A stretch of 64,000 nt of DNA from an alpha proteobacterium MED-G09 (lineage in GTDB: Bacteria > Pseudomonadota > Alphaproteobacteria > MED-G09), in assembly GCA_905182015.1 (NCBI GenBank), contig CAJIZT010000007.1, forward strand, positions 147,570 to 211,569, in the 5' to 3' direction. A program made the position numbers and the translations under genes. The notes beneath the pieces are model-generated. The model made no database searches. It was not told the origin of the DNA and was given only the letters and a program-made list of their open reading frames with translations. Positions 21,065-31,516 of the stretch are shown here, in pieces. Within the stretch, counting starts at the first letter, position 1. Each line of letters opens with the position of its first letter.

Positions 21065-22203
21065 TCGAGGTTCCACTCAGCCCTAACATCTAAATCTTTT
21101 TCTGCTGCTAAAACTTTTTCCTTAACAGCCTCCAATTCATTATTTTTTAATATTTGTTGGATTGCCCATCCAGCTGCGCCTCTTACAATTGAAGATTCGT
21201 CTCGAAGATTTTTTTTTATGAACGGTAGGGATTTTTTAGATTTTGCGTTACCTATCGCAATCAAAACATTACGTAGAAATCTATTTCTCCCTATTCTTTT
21301 TATTGGGGATCCTGAAAACATCAATCTGAACTCCTTATCGTCTAACAACGATAATTGATTAAGGCTTAAATCTTTTGAGTTATGTCTGGAAAGGAATTTT
21401 ATTTCTTTTGATTGTTGCGCAAACTTGTTCCACGGACAAATAGCAAGACAATCATCACATCCATAAATTCTATTTCCTATCTTAGATCTTAAATTTTTTG
21501 GAATAATTCCTTGATGTTCTATTGTTAAGTATGAAATACATTTTCTAGCATCAAGTTTATATGGCTCTGGAAATGCTTGTGTTGGGCATATGTCTATGCA
21601 GCTAGTGCAATTACCACAATGGTCCGATTCTTCCTTATCAGGCCTTATGGGAATATTTGTATAAATTGAACCAAGAAAAAGCCAAGATCCAAATTCCCTA
21701 GAGACTAGATTTGTATGTTTTCCTTGCCATCCTAATCCTGCTTTTTGAGCCAAAGGCTTTTCCATAACAGGTGCCGTATCAACAAATACCTTAATTTCAG
21801 AATCTACCTGATTAACTAGCCACCTTCCTAAAACCTTTAAATTTTTTTTTATAACATCATGGTAATCTTTGCCTCTAGCATATACTGAAATATTTCCTGT
21901 ATTTGTTAGTTTGAGATCTTCTAAAGGATCATGATTTGGTCCATAATTTATTCCAAGCATTATAATGCTCTCAACATCCTTCCATAACTTCTTAGGTGAC
22001 TTTCTTCTTTCCTTTTTGCTCTCTAGCCAAACCATTTCCCCATGGAAACCTTTATTTAAAAATTGATCAAAATAATTTTTATTTTCTTTATTGATTTCTG
22101 GGACGGTAATTTTAATTAAATCAAAACCACATTCTCTAGATTTTTTTATCAATGATTCTCTTAAATCATTTTCTAGTTCATTATTAGAAATCGAGTAGGG
22201 CAT
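21058..22203 (-). CDS. queG: tRNA epoxyqueuosine(34) reductase QueG
   Basis: Two 4Fe-4S ferredoxin motifs (CGNCTSCIDICP, CDDCLAICPW), a C-terminal HEAT-like repeat and 381-aa length match QueG. Confidence 0.85.
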   Translation of the reverse strand: MPYSISNNELENDLRESLIKKSRECGFDLIKITVPEINKENKNYFDQFLNKGFHGEMVWLESKKERRKSPKKLWKDVESIIMLGINYGPNHDPLEDLKLTNTGNISVYARGKDYHDVIKKNLKVLGRWLVNQVDSEIKVFVDTAPVMEKPLAQKAGLGWQGKHTNLVSREFGSWLFLGSIYTNIPIRPDKEESDHCGNCTSCIDICPTQAFPEPYKLDARKCISYLTIEHQGIIPKNLRSKIGNRIYGCDDCLAICPWNKFAQQSKEIKFLSRHNSKDLSLNQLSLLDDKEFRLMFSGSPIKRIGRNRFLRNVLIAIGNAKSKKSLPFIKKNLRDESSIVRGAAGWAIQQILKNNELEAVKEKVLAAEKDLDVRAEWNLDQ

Positions 22204-22864
22204 AGTTTCCTCTTGGAGGTATGCCGACGATCTTATCGGTAAGAATAGACCTAAAGGATGGACGGCTTTTTATTCTTGAGTACCAGAGTTTGACTTCTGG
22301 AAAATTTCTCCAAGGAATATCACCCAAGTAATCTAGGCAGGAGATATGTGCAGCAGCACTGAGATCTGCAAGTTCAATTTTATTACCTACTAAGCAAAAT
22401 CTTCTCTCTAATAGATACTCGATATATTTAAGATGATTATTCATATTACTGATTGCTGAACGAATCAAATCTGTATTTGGTAGCCCACCACCCTTTTCAA
22501 CTAATCGAAATCTTTTTTCTACTCTCTCATTTATTATTACTTTACTAACTTCTTTATAAAATTTATTATCAAACCAATCAATTAACCTTCTATTCTCTGC
22601 CTTCTGCTCTATATCTTCCGGCAGGATGGCGCTATATTTATTTTCTAAGCGTTCAGTAATGGCATAGTGACCACAAAATGTTATATCATCAAATAACATC
22701 ACAGGTACTTCACCAGATGGATTTAATTGAACAAACTCTTTACGATTTTCCCAATACCTTTCAACAATCAAATCAACTCCAATCTTTTGTTCACCAAGTA
22801 ATAATCTTACTTTTCTACTGAATGGACATAACGGATAATGGTATAAAGTTGTCATTTTGATCAC
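22184..22864 (-). CDS. glutathione S-transferase family protein
   Basis: N-terminal thioredoxin-like GST fold (LYHYPLCPFSRKVRLLL ... EVPVM) and a C-terminal helical domain. Confidence 0.8.
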   Translation of the reverse strand: MIKMTTLYHYPLCPFSRKVRLLLGEQKIGVDLIVERYWENRKEFVQLNPSGEVPVMLFDDITFCGHYAITERLENKYSAILPEDIEQKAENRRLIDWFDNKFYKEVSKVIINERVEKRFRLVEKGGGLPNTDLIRSAISNMNNHLKYIEYLLERRFCLVGNKIELADLSAAAHISCLDYLGDIPWRNFPEVKLWYSRIKSRPSFRSILTDKIVGIPPRGNYALLDF

Positions 22865-23001
22865 TAAGATTATTAATTTATCTATTAATACTTTTTATCG
22901 ACTTAACTATAATTAAAAATGATAAATTTTATATAAACATTTCTAATTATATTTTTCTTATCTGTATCTTTTATTATATTTGTTTATAACATGGTAGTGA
23001 A

Positions 23002-23613
23002 ATGAAAATTGAACTTCATAAAAATGACTTACCCGATAATATTAATTTTGAAGGCTCTGTCGCCGTTGATTCTGAAACACTCGGGCTAAGACCAGAGCGT
23101 GATCCTTTGTGTTTGGTTCAGTTATCATCAGGTGATGGAGATGCACACTTAGTTCAACTAAATAGAGAAAACTATAATGCTCCAAATCTTAAAAGAATAT
23201 TATCTGATAAAAAATGCCAGAAGATATTTCATTTTGCCAGATTTGATGTTGCGGTTTTTAAAAAATATCTAGAAATTGATTGTAATCCAATATACTGCAC
23301 AAAAATAGTTTCTAAATTAGTAAGAACGTATACCGATCGACATGGTCTAAAGGATTTATGTAAAGAACTTGTTGGTATTGATCTTTCGAAACAACAACAG
23401 AGCTCTAATTGGGGAGCCGAAGAGCTTACAGAGGAACAAAAGCATTACGCAGCTTCTGATGTTTTATATTTACATCAATTAAAGGGTATCCTTGACAAAG
23501 AATTATTAAAATTAAACCGCAAAGATCTTGCTGAGCAGTGTTTTTCTTTTATTAAAACCCGGGTTGATTTAGATCTGAAGGGTTGGCCTGATGTTGATAT
23601 ATTTAGTCACTGA
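23002..23613 (+). CDS. rnd: short ribonuclease D-like 3'-5' exonuclease (DEDDy)
   Basis: Exo motifs VAVDSET, FHFARFDVAVF and HYAASDVLYL. It directly precedes lptC, as in alphaproteobacteria. Confidence 0.7.
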   Translation: MKIELHKNDLPDNINFEGSVAVDSETLGLRPERDPLCLVQLSSGDGDAHLVQLNRENYNAPNLKRILSDKKCQKIFHFARFDVAVFKKYLEIDCNPIYCTKIVSKLVRTYTDRHGLKDLCKELVGIDLSKQQQSSNWGAEELTEEQKHYAASDVLYLHQLKGILDKELLKLNRKDLAEQCFSFIKTRVDLDLKGWPDVDIFSH

Positions 23614-23621
23614 TCACTCTG

Positions 23622-24236
23622 ATGATAAAAAAAGATCATATTCAAATAAACCGTATAAAAAAATTAAAGATAATTTTTCCTCTTTTAGCTTTTTTTATTA
23701 TTTTTATATTAGTTGTGCAGTCTTCCAATATAGACCTCAATCCTGCCAATCCAAGCATAAAGCTAGCTCTCTCCGAGCAACGCAATGAGGGAGTTTTAAA
23801 GCCTTCGATGTTGGGTGAAACAACATCTGGACAGCCCTTTGAATTAAATGCCTTGAGGGCAAGTCCAATAGGTCCTGGGCTGCAGGATATAATGTTAGAA
23901 AATGTTAGTATTATAATTGGTGAAGCTCCTTCGCAAAAAATTAGCATTGATTCAAGGAATGCAAAATATTTTGCAAAAAATAATACGGCAATATTTTTTG
24001 ATGATATTCTAGCTAAAACTAGTGATGGGTATAATTTTATTGCTCAGGTTGTTAATGTAAACCTAGATACAGGGTTTACTTTTCTTGATGGACCTGTAAA
24101 GGGCAAAAAAGGTGGTATATTGTTTAATGCCGGGCATGTTGAAATTCATGAGGGTGGTAAAAAAATATTTATTTCCTCTGGAGTTGAAATGATTATACCA
24201 GCAAGCTTCCTCGAAAGTAAGCGGGGCGAAGGGTGA
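23622..24236 (+). CDS. lptC: LPS export protein LptC
   Basis: Single N-terminal TM anchor then a beta-jellyroll-like periplasmic domain. Position rnd-[this]-lptA-lptB is diagnostic in alphaproteobacteria. Confidence 0.6.
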   Translation: MIKKDHIQINRIKKLKIIFPLLAFFIIFILVVQSSNIDLNPANPSIKLALSEQRNEGVLKPSMLGETTSGQPFELNALRASPIGPGLQDIMLENVSIIIGEAPSQKISIDSRNAKYFAKNNTAIFFDDILAKTSDGYNFIAQVVNVNLDTGFTFLDGPVKGKKGGILFNAGHVEIHEGGKKIFISSGVEMIIPASFLESKRGEG

Positions 24237-24751
24237 AATTATCTAACCTGATAGGTATTTTTATATTACTTTTTTTAACTCTACTTCCTGGCGATTCATT
24301 TGCAGATAATCCTATGATGTTTAAGACCAATATTGCCGCCCCCTTAAAGGTAAATGCGGATAAAATGTATCTTGATAAAATTTCTCTGAACGGAGGTTTT
24401 TCTGGTTCAGTATACATCACTCAAGGACCGTTGAACTTAAAGTCTGATCAAATGTCATTCACTTTTTCAAATGAAAAAGATGCCCCATTAATAACCGAGC
24501 TATTTGCTTCTCAGGGAGTAGTCCTTGGAAATGAAGATATGACAGCTTCTGGCAATAATGCTTCATATAGTGTAATAAATAATGAGATATTGCTTGAAGG
24601 TAATGTTATTGTTAATAATAGCCTTACTGTCATGAAGGGTGAAAAATTGCATATTGACTTAAGATCTGGAAAAATTAATTTTTTATCTAATGAAAAACAA
24701 AATAATAGAATTAAAGGTGAGTTATTAATCGATGATAAAAAGAAAAAATAG
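24233..24751 (+). CDS. lptA: LPS transport periplasmic protein LptA (OstA-like)
   Basis: Signal peptide and OstA-like repeats (KSDQMSFTF ... GNVIVNNSLTVMKGEKLHIDLRSGKINF). It overlaps lptC by 4 bp and lptB by 20 bp. Confidence 0.7.
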   Translation: MKLSNLIGIFILLFLTLLPGDSFADNPMMFKTNIAAPLKVNADKMYLDKISLNGGFSGSVYITQGPLNLKSDQMSFTFSNEKDAPLITELFASQGVVLGNEDMTASGNNASYSVINNEILLEGNVIVNNSLTVMKGEKLHIDLRSGKINFLSNEKQNNRIKGELLIDDKKKK

Positions 24752-25511
24752 CGATTCTTTAGATAAACCAATTCTTGTTAGCGATAATGATAAAGGGCTT
24801 GAGATTTTACGAGTTAGTAAGTCATACAACAATAGACCGGTAATTAGAGAGGTAAGCTTCAATATAAAAAAGGGTGAGGCAGTTGGTCTTCTTGGACCGA
24901 ATGGATCAGGAAAAACCACATTATTCTACACTATTATTGGCCTAATAAAGCCTAATACGGGTAGTATTATGTTAAATGGCTATGATATTACCGACCTTCC
25001 TATTTATAAGCGCTCTAAAAATGGGATTGGGTATCTACCTCAGGAGGCATCAATATTCCGAGGATTAAATGTAGAAGATAACATTAGGGCTATTCTTGAA
25101 ATAGTTGAAACCGACGAGCAAATTATAGAAAGCAATCTTGATCAACTTCTAACTGAGTTTGATATCAATCACTTAAGAAGAACCCCTTCCTTAGCTCTAT
25201 CAGGAGGGGAAAGAAGAAGAGTAGAAATTGCACGATGTTTGGCTGGAAGGCCTAATTATATATTATTAGACGAACCGTTTGCGGGTATTGACCCAATAGC
25301 CCTTGGCGAGATAAGAGAGCTGGTCTCTCATTTAAAGGATAAGGGAGTCGGTGTTTTAATTACAGATCATAATGTTAGGGAAACTTTAGGACTTATTGAT
25401 CGAGCGGTTTTAATTCATGAAGGGTCAGTTTTAATGGAGGGAACTCCAGACGAAATTATTCAAAATGAAGATGTTCGACGCGTATATCTAGGTGAAAGGT
25501 TTTCTATATAG
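24732..25511 (+). CDS. lptB: LPS export ABC transporter ATP-binding protein LptB
   Basis: Walker A GPNGSGKTT, signature LSGGERRRVEIARCL, Walker B ILLDEPFAGIDP, about 259 aa. Confidence 0.9.
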   Translation: MIKRKNSDSLDKPILVSDNDKGLEILRVSKSYNNRPVIREVSFNIKKGEAVGLLGPNGSGKTTLFYTIIGLIKPNTGSIMLNGYDITDLPIYKRSKNGIGYLPQEASIFRGLNVEDNIRAILEIVETDEQIIESNLDQLLTEFDINHLRRTPSLALSGGERRRVEIARCLAGRPNYILLDEPFAGIDPIALGEIRELVSHLKDKGVGVLITDHNVRETLGLIDRAVLIHEGSVLMEGTPDEIIQNEDVRRVYLGERFSI

Positions 25512-25515
25512 CAAT

Positions 25516-25872
25516 ATGCCAATAAATATTTTTGATGATTTAATTAATTCTGTCTTGAATTGTTTTAATAGAGCTTTTGATTTTGATAATCGCTCTTCTC
25601 GCAAGGAATTCTGGTGCTGGCAGGTTTTTAGAATTCTAATGTTTTTGTCTTTAACTTTTGTAGAGAGTCTGGGTTTAAAAGGTATACTTTTTATATCTAA
25701 CTTTATTTTTTTATTTCCAGAGCTATCTGTTTCTGTTCGAAGGTTGCACGATATCAATAAATCAGGTTGGTGGGTTATGTTAAGCGTGACAATTATAGGA
25801 ATTCTTCCGTTACTTTATTTTTATTCTTTGAGGGGTGATGATGGGATAAATGATTTTGGACAACCGAGATAG
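25516..25872 (+). CDS. DUF805-family inner-membrane protein
   Basis: Motif RRLHDINKSGWW flanked by TM helices. Start set at the Met just after the lptB stop. Confidence 0.55.
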   Translation: MPINIFDDLINSVLNCFNRAFDFDNRSSRKEFWCWQVFRILMFLSLTFVESLGLKGILFISNFIFLFPELSVSVRRLHDINKSGWWVMLSVTIIGILPLLYFYSLRGDDGINDFGQPR

Positions 25873-25888
25873 AGGAGAGTTTGAGGTA

Positions 25889-27724
25889 ATGAATATTATT
25901 AAAAAAATTATTGGTTATGTAGCTTTTATCATAAAAAATCTTTGGTATTTTCTTTCATATATCCCAACATTTTTTATTAGGATTCTAACTCTTATTATAC
26001 TTATAGTGCTTGTTGGAAGTATTTTTTCTAAACTAGATAATAAGATCCAGAAAGATACCGCATTATATATTCCACTGAATGGAGTCTTGGTTGAGCAGAT
26101 GGAAGAAATGAGTAGCATAGAATATTTTGTTACTGGGAATAAAAAAAATGAGATTGAATTAGGGCATATTGTCCGCATTATTAAGAAAGCGACAGAAGAT
26201 GAAAAAATTTCAACAATAATAATTGATTTGAGTAATTTTTCTGGTGGCTACCCCGCTGATATTTTTTATTTATGCGAGACACTGGGTAATTTTAAAAAAC
26301 GTAAAAATAAAAAAATAATTGCTATAGCCGATCAATACTCACAAGCGTCATACTTAATTGCATCATTAGCGAATCAAATAATTCTACATCCCTCCGGCGG
26401 AGTTGTATTAACTGGATGGTCATCCAAGAGGGTTTTCATTAAAGATTTCTTGGATAAGCTTGATGTCAAAGTACTTCCATTCTCAAAGGGTGAATATAAA
26501 AGTGCTTTCGAAACCTACACGCGATCATCAATGAGTGTTGAATCAAAGGAATCAAATTCTAAATTATTTCAAAGTATATGGAGTTTTACATCTGAATACA
26601 TCGAAAATAATAGAAGCTTAAAGCTTGGAAAAATTGATAACTATATTCAAAATATTGATACTTTAGTTGATGAAAGCAAAAATGATTTTGCGGAACTGGC
26701 TTTAAATTTTGGTCTTGTAGATAATTTGATGACGCGGGTTGAGGTTGAAAATTTTCTAAGTGAGAATTTTCCTATCGATGGATCTGACTGGAGATTTATT
26801 CATTACAAGGATTATAAGATTCAGAAATTAAAAAAAAATAAGAATATTATCGGAGTCATTCCGGTGGCTGGAGTGATATTAGACGGAAGTCAGCCAAGGG
26901 GATTTGCCGGTGGCGAAAATATTTCATCAATGATTAGGGAGGCTCGTAAAGAAAAAAATTTAAAGGCCCTAATTTTAAGAGTTAACACCCCTGGCGGAAG
27001 TGCTTTCGCTTCTGAAATTATCAGAGAACAACTTATGGCTATTAAAGAGAGAAATATTCCTATTGTTGTTTCAATGGGTGGTTTGGCCGCCTCAGGAGGG
27101 TATTGGATATCCGCAGAGTCGGACTATATCTTTGCGCATGAAACCAGTGTTACAGGTTCTATAGGCGTTGCTGCAATCTTATTTGATGGAGAAGATACAA
27201 TTAAGCAGATAGGATTAAACGAGGATGGTGTAAGTAATTCACCTTTTTCTAGCGTAATTGACAGCGGTATTCTTTTGTCATCTCCCTCCGATAGAGCTGT
27301 TAACCTTATTCAAGGGTCTGTTGATAAATTGTATAATGATTTTATAAAAATAGTTGCCAAGGGTCGGGGGATATCACTTAATGAAGCAAATTCAATTGCA
27401 AAAGGCAGGGTATGGTCGGGAAGAGATGCTCTTGATCTAGGCTTAGTTGATGAAATAGGATCTTTTGACGATGCTATTTTGAAAGCTAAAAGTATGGCCG
27501 ACATTAATGACTATTATATAAAAGAATACGGCGAAATAAAAAATAATATTTCTATCCTTATGAATCTGTTAAATTTTCTTTCATTAAAAGAGAGTTTTAA
27601 TTCAGATAAGAGCTTTTTACAAAGTATGAAGAATGAGCTTTTAAATACCCTTAAGTGGACAAAGAATCTAAACGATAGGAATAACCTTTATTTGATTTGC
27701 GATGAATGCATCAGTAACAAGTAA
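25889..27724 (+). CDS. sppA: signal peptide peptidase SppA (protease IV, 67K type)
   Basis: N-terminal TM, two ClpP/crotonase-like S49 domains, catalytic Ser region [12 protein letters not shown], and a GAGGAG RBS before the ATG at 25889. Confidence 0.85.
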   Translation: MNIIKKIIGYVAFIIKNLWYFLSYIPTFFIRILTLIILIVLVGSIFSKLDNKIQKDTALYIPLNGVLVEQMEEMSSIEYFVTGNKKNEIELGHIVRIIKKATEDEKISTIIIDLSNFSGGYPADIFYLCETLGNFKKRKNKKIIAIADQYSQASYLIASLANQIILHPSGGVVLTGWSSKRVFIKDFLDKLDVKVLPFSKGEYKSAFETYTRSSMSVESKESNSKLFQSIWSFTSEYIENNRSLKLGKIDNYIQNIDTLVDESKNDFAELALNFGLVDNLMTRVEVENFLSENFPIDGSDWRFIHYKDYKIQKLKKNKNIIGVIPVAGVILDGSQPRGFAGGENISSMIREARKEKNLKALILRVNTPGGSAFASEIIREQLMAIKERNIPIVVSMGGLAASGGYWISAESDYIFAHETSVTGSIGVAAILFDGEDTIKQIGLNEDGVSNSPFSSVIDSGILLSSPSDRAVNLIQGSVDKLYNDFIKIVAKGRGISLNEANSIAKGRVWSGRDALDLGLVDEIGSFDDAILKAKSMADINDYYIKEYGEIKNNISILMNLLNFLSLKESFNSDKSFLQSMKNELLNTLKWTKNLNDRNNLYLICDECISNK

Positions 27725-27801
27725 TCTTATGCTTGCTCGATAACCCCTATGGGGGTATAAGTCCTTCAAGAACTATAAAAATTAAAAGTGTGGAGTTTAA
27801 A

Positions 27802-27987
27802 ATGGCAGTTCCAAAAAGAAAAGTTAGCCCTTCTCGAAGAGGAAAGAGAAGAGGTGGTCATCAATCTGAAATACCTACTTATGTAGTGAATAAAGATTCA
27901 GGTGAGCTTCATAGACCTCATCATATCGATCTTAAGACTGGAATGTACAAAGGTCGCAAGGTGATAGAAACAAAAGAAACTAAATAA
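27802..27987 (+). CDS. rpmF: 50S ribosomal protein L32
   Basis: [20 protein letters not shown] is a canonical L32 N-terminus. The ORF-track start at 27733 is an upstream over-extension. Confidence 0.9.
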   Translation: MAVPKRKVSPSRRGKRRGGHQSEIPTYVVNKDSGELHRPHHIDLKTGMYKGRKVIETKETK

Positions 27988-28103
27988 ACCATAATTATTT
28001 GATATTTTATCAAAATTTAAAGGTTTCTTCTTTTTACTTATTGCCCCACTAGTCTGGACTTTTATATTTGTACCTCAAAAACTATCCGAAGCTTTCTGGT
28101 CAC

Positions 28104-28142
28104 CCCCTCAACTTAGATTATTAAGATCCTTAATCAGAGGGG
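28104..28142. terminator. nested hairpin between convergent rpmF and gloB (candidate bidirectional terminator)
   Basis: CCCCTC ... ATTAAG atc CTTAAT ... GAGGGG: a 6-bp GC outer stem plus a 6-bp inner stem, with T-rich sequence after it on the + strand. U-tract quality is moderate. Confidence 0.3.
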
Positions 28143-28166
28143 AAATTGCATTATTATTTGTTAATT

Positions 28167-28970
28167 TTACCAATCGTTTCTTAATTCCCTTAACTTTAAA
28201 AAGACCTCTTTCATTCCAGGATCTTTAGATAACTCAGGAAAATTTTCTCTTAAATTTTCGATAACATTAGAGTTTTTTAGACGAAAAAATGTATTTATTT
28301 CTTTTTCTATACCTAAGGTAGAAACAGTTTTATTGTTTGGATCTATTATTTTTTTATCATTAATCATTCTCTGAGCTACAAGATTTCCAGGTTCTCTATC
28401 TAAAGTAAACTTTAAGTTATTTTCCCAATAATCATGACCTGGATAAATTTTTGTTTGATTCGGAAGGGTGAATAATTGATTAATGAAGGTTTCGTAGAGT
28501 TCATTAGGGTTTCCACCAGCCTTACAGTGGCCAACTCCAGCATTAAACAAGGTGTCACCACAAAAAAGTGACGGCGTATTGGTATTTGCAAACAAACATA
28601 CATGACTCATGGTATGGCCAGGGGTATCTAAAACTTCCAAATTAACCGTCGACCCGATTTTTATTTGATCACCCGCTTTTAGGCCTACATCAATATTCTC
28701 TATCGCATCTTTTGCATTTTGGTGAGCAAGGAGTTTTGCCCCTGTTGCCTTAATAATTGATTCATTTCCGCCAATATGATCCCAGTGCTCGTGTGTATTC
28801 AATATTTTTGTAATTTCCCAGCCTTTATTTTTACTAACAGAGAGACATTGCTCATAATCCAGTGGATCAACTGCCATTGCTTCGCCTGTTTCAGGACAAA
28901 CTATTAAATAATTAAAATTACGAAATTGATTAGCTGTCCAAATTTGTTCTACTATCAAAATATTCTCCAT
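28167..28970 (-). CDS. gloB: hydroxyacylglutathione hydrolase (glyoxalase II, MBL fold)
   Basis: THEHWDHIGGN, DTPGHT and CGDTLF metal-binding motifs, with a C-terminal substrate-binding helix region. Confidence 0.8.
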   Translation of the reverse strand: MENILIVEQIWTANQFRNFNYLIVCPETGEAMAVDPLDYEQCLSVSKNKGWEITKILNTHEHWDHIGGNESIIKATGAKLLAHQNAKDAIENIDVGLKAGDQIKIGSTVNLEVLDTPGHTMSHVCLFANTNTPSLFCGDTLFNAGVGHCKAGGNPNELYETFINQLFTLPNQTKIYPGHDYWENNLKFTLDREPGNLVAQRMINDKKIIDPNNKTVSTLGIEKEINTFFRLKNSNVIENLRENFPELSKDPGMKEVFLKLRELRNDW

Positions 28971-28997
28971 AAGTTAAATGTTAGTTGAGTATATAAT

Positions 28998-29717
28998 ATG
29001 AAAAAAAATATTGAAAATTTTAAAATTTTTTATTCAAGCCCCTTAGGAAAGGTAGCATCTAAAATTATCGCAAAAAAGATTTCTCAAAATTGGACTACGG
29101 GTTCTAATCTAAGAATAGCATTAATTGGGTTTGGCTCTGCATATTTAGATTTAGTTAATAGAAAAGCTCAAAGTTTTTTTCTTTTAATACCAATTCTACA
29201 TGGACTTTATGATTTTAACTTAAAAAAAAATAATTTAACCGCCTCAGTTAATGAATATAATTTACCAATCGATGATTTATCGCTTGATAGATTGTTAGTT
29301 ATTCATAGTTTTGAGTATTTAAATGATCATAAAATTTTTTTAAGAGAGTCGTGGAGGGCTTTAGATAAAAATGGTGAAATCTTTATAATTGTCCCTCACT
29401 CTTTTGGATTATGGAGGCGCTACTACAAAAATAATTTTTTTGCTCTCAGAACATTTAGTATCTTTGAGTTGAACTCCTTACTGGTGAATAATTTCTTTAC
29501 ACCTATTTCAATAGATTACTCTTTATTTTTTCCGCCAAATAATAATTATTTTTTTAAAAAGTCCTCTTTTTTTGAAAAGGTGGGGAGTAGATTTTTTAAT
29601 TTCTTTGCTGGGGTTATTATTATTAAAGCTAAAAAAAATTACTCGGCAGCGATTCTCAAAGAACGGAATATTATTAAAAGAAAAACTACTCGAGCATCAA
29701 GAGTCGATGCAATCTAA
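28998..29717 (+). CDS. putative class I SAM-dependent methyltransferase-like protein (degenerate motifs)
   Basis: IALIGFGSAYLDL and LDRLLVIHSFEYL...KNGEIFIIVP resemble Methyltransf_11. A gene of this kind is commonly divergent from gloB in alphaproteobacteria. The sequence is low-complexity and F/N-rich. Confidence 0.4.
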   Translation: MKKNIENFKIFYSSPLGKVASKIIAKKISQNWTTGSNLRIALIGFGSAYLDLVNRKAQSFFLLIPILHGLYDFNLKKNNLTASVNEYNLPIDDLSLDRLLVIHSFEYLNDHKIFLRESWRALDKNGEIFIIVPHSFGLWRRYYKNNFFALRTFSIFELNSLLVNNFFTPISIDYSLFFPPNNNYFFKKSSFFEKVGSRFFNFFAGVIIIKAKKNYSAAILKERNIIKRKTTRASRVDAI

Positions 29718-29721
29718 ATAT

Positions 29722-30327
29722 CTAGGATTTTATTATAAATATTGCTTCCTCAGAAAGGAGATTAGAGAGTTTATTTGGAAGCCCGTTATAGGACTTTGTA
29801 TTTTTAGAAGATAATGTAATTGTTTTTTCGATTTCAATATTTAATTGATCACAAAGATTAATAAAATCAAGAATTGTGCAAAGATGAATGTTGGGGGTAT
29901 TAAACCAGCTATTTGATAGTCTTTTTGTTATAGGCATTTTCCCATAAAATCCTAAGCTTAATCTTACTCTCCAATAACCAAAGTTAGGGATCGATACAAT
30001 TGCCTTCTTTCCGATACGAATAAGTTCTTTTAAGATAACGTCAGGGTGGCTCGTAGCTTGAATAGTCTGGCTAAGTATTACACAATCAAAAGATTGATCG
30101 GGGTACAAGCTTAGGTCCTTATCAGCATCACCTTGTATGGCAGATAAGCCTTTTGCTACACACTGATTAACACGCTCCTGTCCAAGCTCAAGGCCTTGAC
30201 CAATTATATTTCTTTTTTTCTTTAAAGATTCTAGTAATTCTCCACTACCACATCCAACATCCAATATACGAGATTTTCTTTCAACAAGTGAAGTAATGAG
30301 CTCTAAATCTAATCTTTTTCTATCCAT
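29722..30327 (-). CDS. metW: methionine biosynthesis protein MetW
   Basis: ILDVGCGSGELL SAM-binding motif in a 201-aa ORF immediately downstream of metX. Confidence 0.85.
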   Translation of the reverse strand: MDRKRLDLELITSLVERKSRILDVGCGSGELLESLKKKRNIIGQGLELGQERVNQCVAKGLSAIQGDADKDLSLYPDQSFDCVILSQTIQATSHPDVILKELIRIGKKAIVSIPNFGYWRVRLSLGFYGKMPITKRLSNSWFNTPNIHLCTILDFINLCDQLNIEIEKTITLSSKNTKSYNGLPNKLSNLLSEEAIFIIKS

Positions 30328-31460
30328 TATAAATTTGTTTCCTTTGAAACTGATTCTAGGAATCCTCTCATAGCATTATCAAATTCAGGTTCATCTAATA
30401 GAAATGCATCATGCCCTTTATCAGATTCAATGTTAACAAAACTTACATCGACACCACCCGCGCTTAAGGCGCGAACTATTATAAGGCTTTCTGATGGTGG
30501 ATAAAGCCAATCACCAGTAAATGATGCTAATAAAAATTTAGTTTTGGTTTTTTCAAAGATCTCAGTGAGGCTTTTATTGTGAGTTTTTTCTAAATCAAAA
30601 TAATCCATCGCTCTTGTTATATAAAGATAAGAGTTTGCATCAAACCGGTCAACGAATGTCAGGCCTTGATGCCTTAAGTAGCTTTCAATCTGAAAGTCAG
30701 CATCAAATCCAAAACTTATTTCATCCTTATCTTGCAGGCGCCTTCCAAATTTTTTTGTTAGGGATGCCTCAGATAAATAAGTAACGTGAGCAGTCATTCT
30801 AGCAATCGATAGACCCTTGGAGGGCCTTGTCCCTAACTTAATATAATCACCGCCATTCCATTCTGGGTCTGCCATTATTGCCTGCCTGCCTAGCTCATGA
30901 AATGCAATGTTCTGTGCAGTATGTCTAGACGACGTTGCAATTGGAATAGCTGAGAATAGTTTTTCAGGATAAGATGCTGCCCACTCTAGTACTTGCATCC
31001 CTCCCATAGAACCACCGATTACCGATAAGAGTTTTTTTATTCCTAAATGATTGATCAGTCTAAGTTGGGCATTAACCATGTCTGATACAGTGATCATAGG
31101 AAAATCTAATCCATATTCCTTATTTGTTTTGGGATCTAATGATGTTGGGCCAGTTGACCCAGTACAGCCACCAAGAACATTTGCGCAAATTATAAAGTAT
31201 TTATCAGTATCTACTGGTTTTCCGCAGCCAACCATTCTATTCCACCAGCCGTCCTTATTAGTTATTGGATTTTTACTAGCTAAGAATTGGTCACCTGACA
31301 ATGCATGGCACACTATAATGGCATTTGATTTGTTTTTGTTGAGCTTACCATAGCTTTCATACGCTACAGTAAGCTCAACAATACTTGTTCCATTTTCAAG
31401 TAGAAGAGGTATCTTTTCTGTAAAATATGAACATGGTAGTTTATTTGGTTCAATAGTCAT
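30327..31460 (-). CDS. metX: homoserine O-acetyltransferase
   Basis: Alpha/beta hydrolase with GGSMGGMQ nucleophile elbow, about 377 aa, paired with metW. Confidence 0.9.
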   Translation of the reverse strand: MTIEPNKLPCSYFTEKIPLLLENGTSIVELTVAYESYGKLNKNKSNAIIVCHALSGDQFLASKNPITNKDGWWNRMVGCGKPVDTDKYFIICANVLGGCTGSTGPTSLDPKTNKEYGLDFPMITVSDMVNAQLRLINHLGIKKLLSVIGGSMGGMQVLEWAASYPEKLFSAIPIATSSRHTAQNIAFHELGRQAIMADPEWNGGDYIKLGTRPSKGLSIARMTAHVTYLSEASLTKKFGRRLQDKDEISFGFDADFQIESYLRHQGLTFVDRFDANSYLYITRAMDYFDLEKTHNKSLTEIFEKTKTKFLLASFTGDWLYPPSESLIIVRALSAGGVDVSFVNIESDKGHDAFLLDEPEFDNAMRGFLESVSKETNL

Positions 31461-31516
31461 AACAGTAAGATAGCCTTTTATTTAGAATATTAGAATTAAT
31501 ACTTATTTATATAACC

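Noticed and set aside
27743-27756. ACCCC-TAT-GGGGT mini-hairpin between sppA and rpmF
   Set aside because: A 5-bp stem with a 3-nt loop and no U-tract is too weak to call a terminator or regulatory element.
31461-31516. Possible SAM-II/SAM-V riboswitch upstream of metX
   Set aside because: The spacer between the ompW-like stop and the metX start is only 56 bp and AT-rich. It has no GC stem or pseudoknot-capable AAAGCU-type tail, and the reverse complement shows only an RBS.
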